Shown here: piece by piece, positions 1 through 9,107 of the stretch
Layout of the letters: each line of letters starts with the position of its first letter
How positions within the stretch are numbered: the stretch's first letter is position 1
Assembly: GCA_963699705.1 (NCBI GenBank)
Contig: CAVOUW010000003.1
Location: 2,161,776-2,225,775 of the forward strand
Length of the DNA: 64,000 bases
Reading direction: 5' to 3'
Source of the DNA: an uncultured delta proteobacterium
GTDB lineage: Bacteria > Desulfobacterota > Binatia > Binatales > Binataceae
Position numbers and translations under genes: made by a program
Notes under the pieces: model-generated
Databases searched by the model: none
What the model saw: the letters and a program-made list of their open reading frames with translations, nothing else
Told to the model about the DNA's origin: nothing

Positions 1-672
1 GAGGTCGGGCGAGATTTTCACCAGCACCGGCCGCGCCGACTCGCCTGATTCTCCCAGCATCGCCGCGAACAGCTCGATCATTTTCTCCGGCGATTGCCAG
101 TTCCGCAGTCCGGGCGTATTCGGCGAGCTCACGTTGATCACGATGAAATCGGCCATCGGCCCGAGCCGTTTCATCAGCGCGCTGTAGTCGGCGGCGACCG
201 CCTCCGGCGGCGTATTGCTGTTCGGCCCGAAGTTGAGCCCGATCCGAATCTTGCCTCCCGCCTTGCGCATCCGCTCGATCCTCGGCGCGACCGCCTCCAT
301 CCCTTCGCTGGGAAACCCGAGCCGGTTGATGAGCGCGTGGCGGTCGGGGATTCGCCACAGACGCGGGATTTCATTTCCCGCCTGCGGACTCGGCGTGATC
401 GTGCCCAACTCGGCGAAGCCGAAGCCAAGCGTCTCCCACGCGCGAATCGCGATTGCGTCCTTGTCCATCCCGGCAGCGAGTCCGATCGGATTGCGAAAGT
501 CGGTCCCCCACATCTTGATCGCGAGCTCGGGCAGGTAGCGCGGCGGCGTAAACGGCGGCATCAGCGAGAGCGTCCGCAGAGTAAGGCGATGCGCATACTC
601 GGCGTCGAGGCGGAAAAGAACTTGCTTGAATAACTGCCGATAGGCGGCGTCGATTGCGGAAACAGCGCGCAT
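1..672 (-). CDS. pyrD: dihydroorotate dehydrogenase (quinone, class 2), N-terminal ~224 aa; the gene runs off the left edge
   Basis: Minus-strand translation from the ATG at 670..672 gives MRAVSAIDAAYRQLFKQVLFRLDAEYAHRLTLRTLSLMPPF...NRLGFPSEG...GLNFGPN...VINVSSPNTPGLR, which are class-2 DHODH motifs. It is absent from the ORF track because there is no stop inside the window. Confidence 0.8.
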   Translation of the reverse strand, partial: MRAVSAIDAAYRQLFKQVLFRLDAEYAHRLTLRTLSLMPPFTPPRYLPELAIKMWGTDFRNPIGLAAGMDKDAIAIRAWETLGFGFAELGTITPSPQAGNEIPRLWRIPDRHALINRLGFPSEGMEAVAPRIERMRKAGGKIRIGLNFGPNSNTPPEAVAADYSALMKRLGPMADFIVINVSSPNTPGLRNWQSPEKMIELFAAMLGESGESARPVLVKISPDL

Positions 673-854
673 GGGTCGACAGGCAATCTTGCAACGATGC
701 GCGGATAGCGCAATCGAAACCGATAGTGTGGATTAAACGCACGCGCCCCTGATGCAGTCGCACCGCGGCTTGGAATAAGATGATGGGTGCTGGCGGGGTC
801 GGGCGCCGGGCGATTTGCGGGAGGGGTCAGGAGAGCGTGGAAAATCAGGCGAAA

Positions 855-1664
855 ATGCAAGTCAAGTTGATCGACTACGCGCAGCAGCCGTTGGAAAAAC
901 TCTACGCGGCGTTCCGCACCTGCTACTCGTCCGACACGCCGATCGAAGTGTGGGAAAAAATTCGATCCGAGAAGATCACCCACGACAAAATTCGCGAGTT
1001 CATCACCGAGCGGCTGAAGACCGGCCATGCCTCCCCGCTCGAGCAGATTGTTTTCTGGTTCGGAATCGCCAACGTCTCGCGCTCGCTGTCGCATCAGTTC
1101 GTGCGTCATCGGATCGGCATCAGCTTCGAGCAGCAGAGTCAGCGCTACGTGAAATTCAAGCAGGACAAGCTCGCATTCGTGCTGCCGGATTCGTGGTCGC
1201 GCGCGGGGCTCGAGGATGAATTCTCCGACCTGCTTTCGAAGACGTCCGAGCTCTACGCCAAGGCGCTGAAGGCCGGGATTCCGGCGGAGGATGCGCGCTT
1301 CGTGCTGCCCAACGCCGCGCCGACCAATTTTCACGTGATGGTGAATTTCGCCGAGATGCTGCACATCTGCGACCTGCGGCTGTGCGTGCGCGCGCAATGG
1401 GAAATCCGCCGGATGGTCGCGATGATGCGCGCGGAAATCAAGCACGTGCTGCCGGAGATCGCGGTCTTCCTGCAACCGAAATGCGGCGAGAACCGGATGG
1501 GCTACTGCGACGAGTCGCTTGATGAATACCAGAAGTGCCCGCTGAGCAAGGTGCGTCCGCACAAGTCTAGCCTGTTCGATCTTTACGAGCGGTACGGCTC
1601 GCGCAAGGCGCAGGCGCTGGGCGAGGCCGAATATCGCGCGGTCGAGGAAAAAGAGCAGCTCTGA
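855..1664 (+). CDS. thyX: flavin-dependent thymidylate synthase ThyX
   Basis: MQVKLIDYAQQPLEKLYAAFRTCY... with the ThyX signature RHRIGISFEQQSQRY (RHR-x7-S). The ORF opens at 780, but ATG 855 aligns with ThyX N-termini. GTG 835 with an upstream AGGAGA is an alternative start. Confidence 0.85.
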   Translation: MQVKLIDYAQQPLEKLYAAFRTCYSSDTPIEVWEKIRSEKITHDKIREFITERLKTGHASPLEQIVFWFGIANVSRSLSHQFVRHRIGISFEQQSQRYVKFKQDKLAFVLPDSWSRAGLEDEFSDLLSKTSELYAKALKAGIPAEDARFVLPNAAPTNFHVMVNFAEMLHICDLRLCVRAQWEIRRMVAMMRAEIKHVLPEIAVFLQPKCGENRMGYCDESLDEYQKCPLSKVRPHKSSLFDLYERYGSRKAQALGEAEYRAVEEKEQL

Positions 1665-1679
1665 TTTTCCAGGTGCCGC

Positions 1680-2072
1680 GTGAGCGACCAAACATCGATC
1701 GACGACGCGATCGCTTCATTCAATCGAGGCGCGTACTTCGAAGCGGCGGAGATGTTCGAGACCGCGTCGCACGCGGCCGATGACGATCTGAAAGGTCTTA
1801 TCGTCGCGTTCAATCAAATCGCCGCGGCGCTTCATCTGCGCTTCGAGCGCGGCGGACGGCAGGCGTCGATTAACCTGATGTCGCAGGCGATGATCGCACT
1901 CGACGACATGAAGCCCGAGCGCGCCGGGGTTGACGTCGAGCGGCTATGCGCGGAGCTGGCGGCCTACACCGAAGAAGTGCGCGCGACTCCCCGCGACGAG
2001 CGCGACGGCCTCAAGCATCGCGCACGAATTTTCCTGGAGCGCCGCCGCGCGCCGAAGATCAACCGCGTCTGA
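1680..2072 (+). CDS. DUF309 domain protein
   Basis: GTG start. SFNRGAYFEAAEMFE...GLIVAFNQIAAALHLRFERGG matches the DUF309 (PF03745) consensus FNxGxYFEAHExxE...GLIqxAxAlxHxxrgn. Confidence 0.65.
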   Translation: MSDQTSIDDAIASFNRGAYFEAAEMFETASHAADDDLKGLIVAFNQIAAALHLRFERGGRQASINLMSQAMIALDDMKPERAGVDVERLCAELAAYTEEVRATPRDERDGLKHRARIFLERRRAPKINRV

Positions 2073-2077
2073 CCGCC

Positions 2078-2959
2078 ATGCAAATTACCCACGAGCAGAT
2101 CTCTGACGGACTCAAGCGGGCGCGCTACGTCACTAACGAGCGCGTCGAGACTGCGATCTTTCTCGCACTGGCGCTGGAAAAGCCGTTGCTGATCGAAGGT
2201 CCCGCCGGTGCGGGCAAGACCGAAGTCGCCAAGGTGCTCGCGGAAATTCTCCACACCGAGCTCATCCGCCTGCAATGTTACGAGGGACTCGACGAGGCGC
2301 GCGCGCTCTACGAATGGAATTATCAGAAACAACTTTTGCGGATGCAGGCCGACGAGCAGCAGGGCCTGCGATGGGAGGAACTGAGCGAGCACATTTTCTC
2401 GCGCGATTTTTTACTCGAGCGCCCGCTGCTCAAGGCGATCACGTCGCCGAGCCGGGTCGTCCTGCTGATCGACGAGGTCGATAAAGCCGACGAGGAGTTC
2501 GAGGCTTTTTTACTGGAGCTGCTTTCCGACTTCCAGGTGAGCGTTCCCGAACTGGGAACGTTGAAAGCGCGCGAGCGGCCGGCCGTGATTCTGACCTCGA
2601 ATCGCGCGCGCGAACTGTCGGAGGCGCTGCGCCGCCGATGCCTGCATCTGTTCATCGATTTTCCCGGGACCGAGCAGGAGCGGAAAATTATCGAGCTCAA
2701 GGTGCCCGAGCTCGATGCGAAGCTGGCGGCCGAGGCTGCGCGTTTTGTCGGCGCGATTCGCAAGCTCGGACTGCGCAAGCCTCCGTCGATTGCGGAGACG
2801 CTCGACTGGGCGCGCGCGCTGGTGCAGTTGGGCGTGCGCGAACTCGACACCGACGCGGTGCGCACGGCGCTCGGCGTGCTGCTCAAGCATGAAGACGATC
2901 GCGCAAAGGTGGAATCCAAAGCCTCAACGCTCGCGCCGCGCCGCAAGTCCGCTACGTAG
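2078..2959 (+). CDS. MoxR-family AAA+ ATPase (CoxD/CbbQ-like)
   Basis: MQITHEQISDGLKRARYVTNERVETAIFLALALEKPLLIEGPAGAGKT (Walker A), LLIDEVDKAD (Walker B). ATG 2078 sits inside the longer ORF 1946..2959. It is immediately followed by a VWA partner gene. Confidence 0.85.
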   Translation: MQITHEQISDGLKRARYVTNERVETAIFLALALEKPLLIEGPAGAGKTEVAKVLAEILHTELIRLQCYEGLDEARALYEWNYQKQLLRMQADEQQGLRWEELSEHIFSRDFLLERPLLKAITSPSRVVLLIDEVDKADEEFEAFLLELLSDFQVSVPELGTLKARERPAVILTSNRARELSEALRRRCLHLFIDFPGTEQERKIIELKVPELDAKLAAEAARFVGAIRKLGLRKPPSIAETLDWARALVQLGVRELDTDAVRTALGVLLKHEDDRAKVESKASTLAPRRKSAT

Positions 2960-2965
2960 ATTCGG

Positions 2966-4231
2966 ATGGCGCGGCTTCGCGATCAGCTGGTCAATTTTAT
3001 CGCGTCTCTGCGAGATGCGGGCGTCAGAATTTCGGTTGCGGAATCGATCGATGCGATGAATGCGGTCGCGGCGGTTGGGCTCGAGCGCGCGAGGATGCAT
3101 GAGGCGCTGGCGGCGGCGTTGATTAAGGACGAAGCTGACCGCGCAGTCTTCGACGAAGCGTTCGAGTCTTTTTTCAAAGCTAGTCGTACCAATCGCGGAG
3201 AGCATCCAGATCAACGCGGCGAGCAGGTTTCGGCTGCTGCGGGACGTGGCCGGCCGGGAGAAAATCCAACTCCGCGCGACGATGCGCAATTGCGAACGGA
3301 TCAGCCGCGTGACGGCGAGCAGTCAAGCGATCGCGATGAGAAAAGGTCGCCGTCAGAAGCGAAGCCGTCGAAGAAAACGAAGACAGCGCATCGTGATGAC
3401 GCGGAAGGCAAGGACGCTGATCGCAAATCCGATGAAGCGCGCGGCCGCGAAGAGCAGGATGGGGCGGACTCGCGCGAAGAGTCGCGCACGCCTGGTATCG
3501 ACGCGGCGCGCGTTGCGAGGCTCCGCGCGATCGAGCGCAGGCCGTTCGACAATTTCTCTGACCTGGACTACGACGAGGCGCGCGACGCGCTCGCGCCGCT
3601 GATTCGACGCTTCCGGATTCGCCTCGGACGCCGGCTGCGTCTCGCGAAGACCGGACGCATCGATTTTCGCCGCACGATTCGCGCGGCGATGCAGCGCGGC
3701 GGCGCGATGATCGATCTCAACTTCCGCGCGCGGCGCCCGCGGCATGTCGATCTCATGATCCTCGCCGACATCTCGGGTTCGGTCCGCTACGCCGCGCAGT
3801 TGATGCTCGAATTGATGGCGGGCGCGCGCGGATGCTTCCGCCGCGTCAGCAGTTTCGTTTACGTGGACCATCTGGCGGAGGCGGACTTCGAGCAGGGCCA
3901 CCTGGTTATGACGCCGGCGCTGGACCTGTATGCGCGATCGGATTTCGGCCGCGTGCTCGGCGAGCTGTGGAAGCGCCGGACCGGGTTGCTGACGCGCAGC
4001 ACGATCGTCGTGATCATGGGCGACGGCCGCAACAACCGCTTGCCCGCGCGCGCCGACGTAATCCGCGAGATCGCGCGTACCTGCCGCGCCGTAGTGTGGC
4101 TGAATCCCGAAGATCCTGCGCGCTGGGGTACCGGCGACAGCGCAATCAAACAATACGCACGCGAAGTGAAGCTGCTGGTACCGTCGCGAAACCTGCGCGA
4201 GCTGCAGCTCGGCCTGAGCGCGATCGGCTAG
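2966..4231 (+). CDS. VWA domain protein, CoxE-like (partner of the MoxR ATPase)
   Basis: C-terminal VWA with the MIDAS-like DLMILADISGSVRY and IVVIMGDGRNN. A central charged low-complexity linker (DRDEKRSPSEAKPSKKTKTAHRDDAEGKDADRKSDEARGREEQDG). The start lies 7 nt after the ATPase stop. Confidence 0.8.
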   Translation: MARLRDQLVNFIASLRDAGVRISVAESIDAMNAVAAVGLERARMHEALAAALIKDEADRAVFDEAFESFFKASRTNRGEHPDQRGEQVSAAAGRGRPGENPTPRDDAQLRTDQPRDGEQSSDRDEKRSPSEAKPSKKTKTAHRDDAEGKDADRKSDEARGREEQDGADSREESRTPGIDAARVARLRAIERRPFDNFSDLDYDEARDALAPLIRRFRIRLGRRLRLAKTGRIDFRRTIRAAMQRGGAMIDLNFRARRPRHVDLMILADISGSVRYAAQLMLELMAGARGCFRRVSSFVYVDHLAEADFEQGHLVMTPALDLYARSDFGRVLGELWKRRTGLLTRSTIVVIMGDGRNNRLPARADVIREIARTCRAVVWLNPEDPARWGTGDSAIKQYAREVKLLVPSRNLRELQLGLSAIG

Positions 4232-4237
4232 CGCCGA

Positions 4238-5743
4238 TCAGAAATCGAACAGCTCGCGCATCTTGGCGAGCAGCCATCGATGCGGGCCGCCTTTGCCGTC
4301 GAGCGCGTCGCCGGATGAGAGTTTTTCCAGGCGGTCGCGGTTTCGCGCGGCAATAATATCGCCGATGCTGGCGGCGGCGTCGGGATGCTCCTTGAAGAGG
4401 CGGGTGAAGCCCTCGCGGTCCATTTCGATCACTTCCACGTCGGTGAGCGCGCGCACGTTTGCGTTGCGCGGCTCTCCGGTCATCAGAGCCATCTCGCCGG
4501 TGACGACGCCGCGGCCAATCTCGGCGAGATGTCGAAGCTGGCCGTCGGCGGTATGACCGATGACTTCGGCCCGTCCGCTGCGCACGATGAACATCGACTC
4601 GCCGGGTTCGCCGATGCGCACCAGCATCTCGCCCGCGCCGAACTGGCGCACCGAGACAGTCGGCACCAGCATGCGAAGCTCGTCGTCGCTGAGACCGCGC
4701 AGCCAATCGACCTGGCGCAAGTCGGTTATCAGCTCGCGCTCGAACTGCGCGTCGGCCTTTTCGTCTTCATCGCGGCCGGCGTCGCGCACATGGACGGTGC
4801 GGGTCGGGAACGGAATCTCGATCGAATGCCGCCGCAGCGCGTACCAGAGGCTCGACGCGACGCGATCTTTGACGCGCTCCTGCGCGCCAAAATCCGCAAT
4901 CCAGTACTTGATCCGATATTGAATTGCGAAATCGCCGTAGCTATCTACCTGGACTTCCGGCGCCGGCTCGCGGAGCACTTGCGGCACGTCACGCAGCAGG
5001 GTCATCACGACCTCGCGCACGTGATTGGGCGGCACACCGTAGCTGATCCCGACCGTGATTTCGTCCCGCACAAAGCCGGTCGCGTAGTTGAACAGGGTGT
5101 CCTTGGCGATCACCGAGTTAGGAATCTCGAGACGCTCGTTGGCGCGGGTCACGATAGTGGTGGCGCGCCATGCGATTCCCTTGACCTGCCCGACGTGAGT
5201 GCCGCTGCGAATCCAGTCGCCCGGCTCGAACGGACGCCCCATCGAAAGCGACAGGCCGCTAAAGATGTTGCCGAGGGTTTCCTGCAGCGCAAAACCAAGG
5301 ACCGCCGCGAAGACCGTGGTGGTGGTCAGGATCGAAAGCGGCTGCACCCCGAAGTCGGTGTACAGCACCACCATCACGACCACGAACCACAACGTCAGCA
5401 TCAGCAGGTCCTTGCTGATGGTCGAGAAATGGACCTTGCCGCGGCGCGTGATCGAATCGACGAACTCGAGCACCAGCCGGATCACGCCGAACAGGAAAAT
5501 TACCAGCGCCGCGACCGCAACCTTCTGGCCGACCAACTCGTTGGGAATGAAGCGCGAGCCGGCGTCGATCAATGCGCTGCCCGACAGCAGCAGGAAGGTC
5601 GTGGCAGTTACCGCGCGCTTGCGCCGGCGCACGGCGAAGGCGCCCAGCAAGCCGATCAGCACGAGCACGCTTTCGAAAATCGTGCGTACGTCGCGCGGCA
5701 GCACGTCAATTTGCAGCATCGACTGAAGAGGCGTCGCCACCAT
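4238..5743 (-). CDS. MscS-family mechanosensitive channel fused to a C-terminal cyclic-nucleotide-binding domain
   Basis: N-terminal TM helices plus the MscS beta-domain (GDWIRSGTHVGQVKGIAWRATTIVTRANERLEIPNS). The C-terminal cNMP domain carries GEMALMTGEPRNANVRA. Confidence 0.85.
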   Translation of the reverse strand: MVATPLQSMLQIDVLPRDVRTIFESVLVLIGLLGAFAVRRRKRAVTATTFLLLSGSALIDAGSRFIPNELVGQKVAVAALVIFLFGVIRLVLEFVDSITRRGKVHFSTISKDLLMLTLWFVVVMVVLYTDFGVQPLSILTTTTVFAAVLGFALQETLGNIFSGLSLSMGRPFEPGDWIRSGTHVGQVKGIAWRATTIVTRANERLEIPNSVIAKDTLFNYATGFVRDEITVGISYGVPPNHVREVVMTLLRDVPQVLREPAPEVQVDSYGDFAIQYRIKYWIADFGAQERVKDRVASSLWYALRRHSIEIPFPTRTVHVRDAGRDEDEKADAQFERELITDLRQVDWLRGLSDDELRMLVPTVSVRQFGAGEMLVRIGEPGESMFIVRSGRAEVIGHTADGQLRHLAEIGRGVVTGEMALMTGEPRNANVRALTDVEVIEMDREGFTRLFKEHPDAAASIGDIIAARNRDRLEKLSSGDALDGKGGPHRWLLAKMRELFDF

Positions 5744-5746
5744 CGG

Positions 5747-6919
5747 TCAGATCCCCGCGGCCACCACGATTTCGTCGAGCAGTTTTATCGGATCGAAATA
5801 CTCGGCCGCTATCTCGCGGGCAACGCGCGCATGATGCGGATAGTCGGCATTGATTTGTGCGATCGCGTCCACCGCTTCGTCCGCTGTGTCGAATCCAAAG
5901 AGACCGGCACCGGTCGGGATGAATTTTTCAAACCCGGTCCGCTGGGTAACCACCGGACGTCCAGCGGCCAGGTAGCATACCGTGCGATCGCTGAACCATC
6001 CGGTGCGCGGCCGCACGTAGATGTCCTTGGCGACGGTGAACTCGCCGCGCGACCGGCTGATGTACTCGCGGTAGGCGTCGATATCGAGCGACATCGGCAC
6101 TACCGGCGTAATCGTGAAGCCGCCGGCAAGCGCGCGGTCGTAGTCGGGGCCGCTACTCAAGTTGGTGGCGAGCTCAATCGGCTGCTTCGCGCGCGCCGCA
6201 ACCTCGAGCATCTTGCGGAAATTCAAATGCTTCGACCAGTAGTACGTCTCGCCGGCAATTACCATGTCGTTGCCGTTATTCTGCCAGGTGCCGACAGTCG
6301 TGAACGCAGCCGGCTCCGCGGGGCCAACCCCCGGATGCCACTCGTCGAGATTTACCGGCGGACGCGTGGGATGCCAATCGCGGCCGCCCGTAGGGAGCAG
6401 GCAGTCCGGCGCGCCGATATTGTAGCAATACGTGAAAAGCAATTTGTGCGAATTCGCAAACGCCACCGCGGTCGGAATCTTCCGCGCCAGCTCGAGCTGC
6501 ACGACGCCGGGGTCGGTCTCGAGGTACACCAGGCAGCGGCTGCGCTGATGCTCCTCGCGCGGCTCGGTCGCGCCGCAAAGATTGATCACGGCGTCGGCGT
6601 CGCGAATCAATTCACCGCATCTTTCGCGCGACATGCCGACGTACTCTTCTTTCGCCGAATCGAAGAACGCCCAGCGGTCGCCGAAGCCATAGCGCTCGAG
6701 CACGCCGCCCAGCACCTTGAGATTTCGCGACGGATCCGGAGTGCTGGTTTCGATCGTCGGGTCGTAAACGTGAGCGCAGTGATCCTCGATATAGAAAACC
6801 TCGAGGCCGAGCTGCCGAAACCCGATCAGATGATGAAGCAATTGCCAGATTACCCCGGCGAACGGGTAACGCGCCGCCAGATGCAGCACGACGACTTTGC
6901 CCTTGCGCTTGCCGTTCAC
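5747..6919 (-). CDS. putative glycosyltransferase (GT-B fold, GT1/GT4-like)
   Basis: 390 aa. The C-terminal half (WFSDRTVCYLAAGRPVVTQRTGFEKFIPTGAGLFGF) resembles the nucleotide-sugar-binding domain of GT-B enzymes. The family is not firmly recognised. Confidence 0.5.
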   Translation of the reverse strand: MNGKRKGKVVVLHLAARYPFAGVIWQLLHHLIGFRQLGLEVFYIEDHCAHVYDPTIETSTPDPSRNLKVLGGVLERYGFGDRWAFFDSAKEEYVGMSRERCGELIRDADAVINLCGATEPREEHQRSRCLVYLETDPGVVQLELARKIPTAVAFANSHKLLFTYCYNIGAPDCLLPTGGRDWHPTRPPVNLDEWHPGVGPAEPAAFTTVGTWQNNGNDMVIAGETYYWSKHLNFRKMLEVAARAKQPIELATNLSSGPDYDRALAGGFTITPVVPMSLDIDAYREYISRSRGEFTVAKDIYVRPRTGWFSDRTVCYLAAGRPVVTQRTGFEKFIPTGAGLFGFDTADEAVDAIAQINADYPHHARVAREIAAEYFDPIKLLDEIVVAAGI

Positions 6920-6956
6920 CGTTTGGGTCGAGATCTTAGTCCGTGCTCCTGCGACA

Positions 6957-7598
6957 TCATAGTTGGCCGGCGCGGTCTGCGGCTATCCGCGCGAGCTCGT
7001 CGCGCAGCTTGAGCAGCGCAATCCGGCGCTGGCTGATTTGCGCCTCTTCCTCGTCGCCGAGTTCGCCCAGATAACAGTTGCGCCCGGGAATGACCAGCAC
7101 CGCGCGATACGGAAATCCGGCGCGAATTTTGGGATACGCTTGCGCGGCGATCACGCCCTCAATTGTGCCCTCCGCGGTCTTCTCGCGAATCATGCCGCCC
7201 GCTTCATGAATCAGCGCGAGGGTCGCACGAATTCGCGCCGTCCGCTGCGCCATCGGCACAGTTTTCATCCGGCGAATTACTTCAGCTACCAGCGCCTCGT
7301 CGGTATCGTCGCCACCCGAACCCAGCCATCGATGCGACCGCACTCCCGGCTCGCCGCCCAAAGCGTCGATCTCGAGGCCTCCATCGTCGGCCAGCGTCGC
7401 AATTCGCGCGCGATCGAAATAGTACCGCGCCTTGAGCAGCGCATTCTCGGTGAAGGTCGCGCCCGTCTCCTCAGGCGTCTCCGAAATTCCGGCTTCGGCG
7501 AGCGAAACGAGTTCGAGCTCGATCCCGAGGTCGCGGAGGATCAATCGATACTCAGAAAGTTTCGCGCGATTGGTAGTGGCGATCAGCAGCCGATTCAT
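6957..7598 (-). CDS. rdgB: non-canonical purine NTP pyrophosphatase RdgB/HAM1
   Basis: MNRLLIATTNRAKLSEYRLIL...FTENALLKARY matches RdgB. The start ATG at 7596..7598 sits inside the longer ORF 6957..7727. Confidence 0.8.
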   Translation of the reverse strand: MNRLLIATTNRAKLSEYRLILRDLGIELELVSLAEAGISETPEETGATFTENALLKARYYFDRARIATLADDGGLEIDALGGEPGVRSHRWLGSGGDDTDEALVAEVIRRMKTVPMAQRTARIRATLALIHEAGGMIREKTAEGTIEGVIAAQAYPKIRAGFPYRAVLVIPGRNCYLGELGDEEEAQISQRRIALLKLRDELARIAADRAGQL

Positions 7599-7606
7599 CG
7601 GCTCAT

Positions 7607-8773
7607 TTAACCCGAGGACTTGGGCTGATATGTGATCTTCAAAGAGGCGCGCTCGCGATGCTCCTCCAGTGCCAGCTCGATTAACCGATCGATCAGACGC
7701 TGCAACGGCAAGCCCGACGCCTCCCACAGCTTCGGATACATGCTGATGGAAGTGAAGCCGGGAATGGTATTCACCTCGTTGACGTAGATCTCGCGCAAGT
7801 CGCGACTCGCCAGAAAATCGACGCGCGACATTCCGCGCAGCGACAATGCCTTGAACGCCGCCACCGCCATTGCGCGCAACTTCTTGGCCTTGGCGGGCGG
7901 CAAGTCGGCAGGAATTTTCGTCGAGGAACCTTCGGGATCGACGTACTTCGATTCGTAATCGTAAAAATCGTGCGCACCCTTGACCAGCACCTCGCCGGGA
8001 ATCGACGCCTCGGGACGATCGTTGCCGAGCACGGCGACCTCGAACTCACGACCCTCGCATGAGGCCTCGATCAGCGCCTTGCGATCGTACTGAAAAGCGT
8101 CGTCGAGCGCGGCGTTTAGATCGGCGGCGCGCTTCACCTTGCTGATTCCGATCGACGATCCGAGCGCGTTGGGCTTGACGAACACAGGATACCCAAGTTT
8201 GCGCGCGAGCTTTGCCCCAAGCTGAGGAGTGTCGCGGTAATCGGCGCGCTCGATCGCAAAATATTTGACGACCGCCACGCCCGCATCGCGGAGCAGTCGC
8301 TTCTGCGCATCCTTGTCCATCCCAATCGCGGAGCCGAGCACGCCCGCACCCACGTACGCGATCCCCGCGAGCTCGAGCAGCCCCTGCACCGTGCCGTCCT
8401 CGCCGTAAGTCCCGTGCAACACCGGGAACACCACGTCGACGCCCGGAATCGCATCTTGTGCGCGCGTCACCTCGCCGCGCGCACCGTTGGCCGGCGTCGC
8501 GACCAGCGCCTGCCCCTCCGGATGCGGCAGCAGTGTCACCTGCGTACCTCCCGCACTAAGCGCAGCAAGATGAGGCGCCTTCTCCGCGAGCAGTTTCAGC
8601 GCATTGCGTTCGAGATACCATCGCCCGTCGCGCCCAATCCCAATCGGAACAATCTCGTAGCGCGCCGGATCCATCGCCGACATCACAGTCAGCGCCGATC
8701 GCAGCGAGATCTCATGCTCGCCCGATCGCCCGCCGAACAGCACGCCAACCCTGAGCCGTTTGTTTTCCGCCAT
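7607..8773 (-). CDS. ddl: D-alanine--D-alanine ligase
   Basis: MAENKRLRVGVLFGGRSGEHEISLRS...EVNTIPGFTSISMYPKLWEASGL. The ATG at 8771..8773 is the 23rd codon of the ORF. The upstream extension runs into an intergenic repeat. Confidence 0.85.
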   Translation of the reverse strand: MAENKRLRVGVLFGGRSGEHEISLRSALTVMSAMDPARYEIVPIGIGRDGRWYLERNALKLLAEKAPHLAALSAGGTQVTLLPHPEGQALVATPANGARGEVTRAQDAIPGVDVVFPVLHGTYGEDGTVQGLLELAGIAYVGAGVLGSAIGMDKDAQKRLLRDAGVAVVKYFAIERADYRDTPQLGAKLARKLGYPVFVKPNALGSSIGISKVKRAADLNAALDDAFQYDRKALIEASCEGREFEVAVLGNDRPEASIPGEVLVKGAHDFYDYESKYVDPEGSSTKIPADLPPAKAKKLRAMAVAAFKALSLRGMSRVDFLASRDLREIYVNEVNTIPGFTSISMYPKLWEASGLPLQRLIDRLIELALEEHRERASLKITYQPKSSG

Positions 8774-8816
8774 GTGCCCGCCCCGCCCCGAGAAGGAACT
8801 TGGGAACTGATTGTAT

Positions 8817-8873
8817 GTGAAACCCGCGGTGGGTTTCACGCTTCCTTCGGCAGGGGTGACCCCTGCACCCAGT
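8817..8873 (+). repeat. intergenic double-hairpin repeat, family 1, full copy A
   Basis: GTGAAACCCGCGGTGGGTTTCACGCTTCCTTCGGCAGGGGTGACCCCTGCACCCAGT. Hairpin 1 is GAAACCC/GGGTTTC and hairpin 2 is CAGGGGT/ACCCCTG. Near-identical copies are at 10729, 12186(rc) and 43377(rc). Confidence 0.8.
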
Positions 8874-9054
8874 AGAAAGAAATCGCAAAATGGCGAGGAC
8901 GCCCTTTTGCTCTAAGGTTCTCTTTCCGCGTGTGACAAAATCCCGCTCTTATCTAAATCACCCAGGTAAGCTGCCGGCGACTAAGTCGCCAGCAGCGGAC
9001 AACACCCCCAACTAGTTCGAACAGGGACGAAGTCCCGCATCTTTATCTTTTTAC

Positions 9055-9080
9055 ACTGGGTGCAGGGGTCACCTCTGCCG
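9055..9080 (-). repeat. family 1 repeat, half copy (hairpin-2 half) in inverted orientation
   Basis: ACTGGGTGCAGGGGTCACCTCTGCCG is the reverse complement of CGGCAGAGGTGACCCCTGCACCCAGT. Together with copy A it forms 26-bp inverted termini around about 180 bp. Confidence 0.65.
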
Positions 9081-9107
9081 CGGGTGCGGGGCGCGCAGCC
9101 CCGCGTC

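Noticed and set aside
561-1691. 376-aa ORF on the - strand across thyX
   Set aside because: Antisense to thyX, which has the RHR-x7-S ThyX signature. A composition artefact.
4385-7012. 875-aa ORF on the + strand
   Set aside because: It is antisense to the MscS-cNMP and glycosyltransferase genes. The translation is Arg/Ala/His-rich and low-complexity, as is typical of stop-poor antisense frames in high-GC DNA, with no family features.
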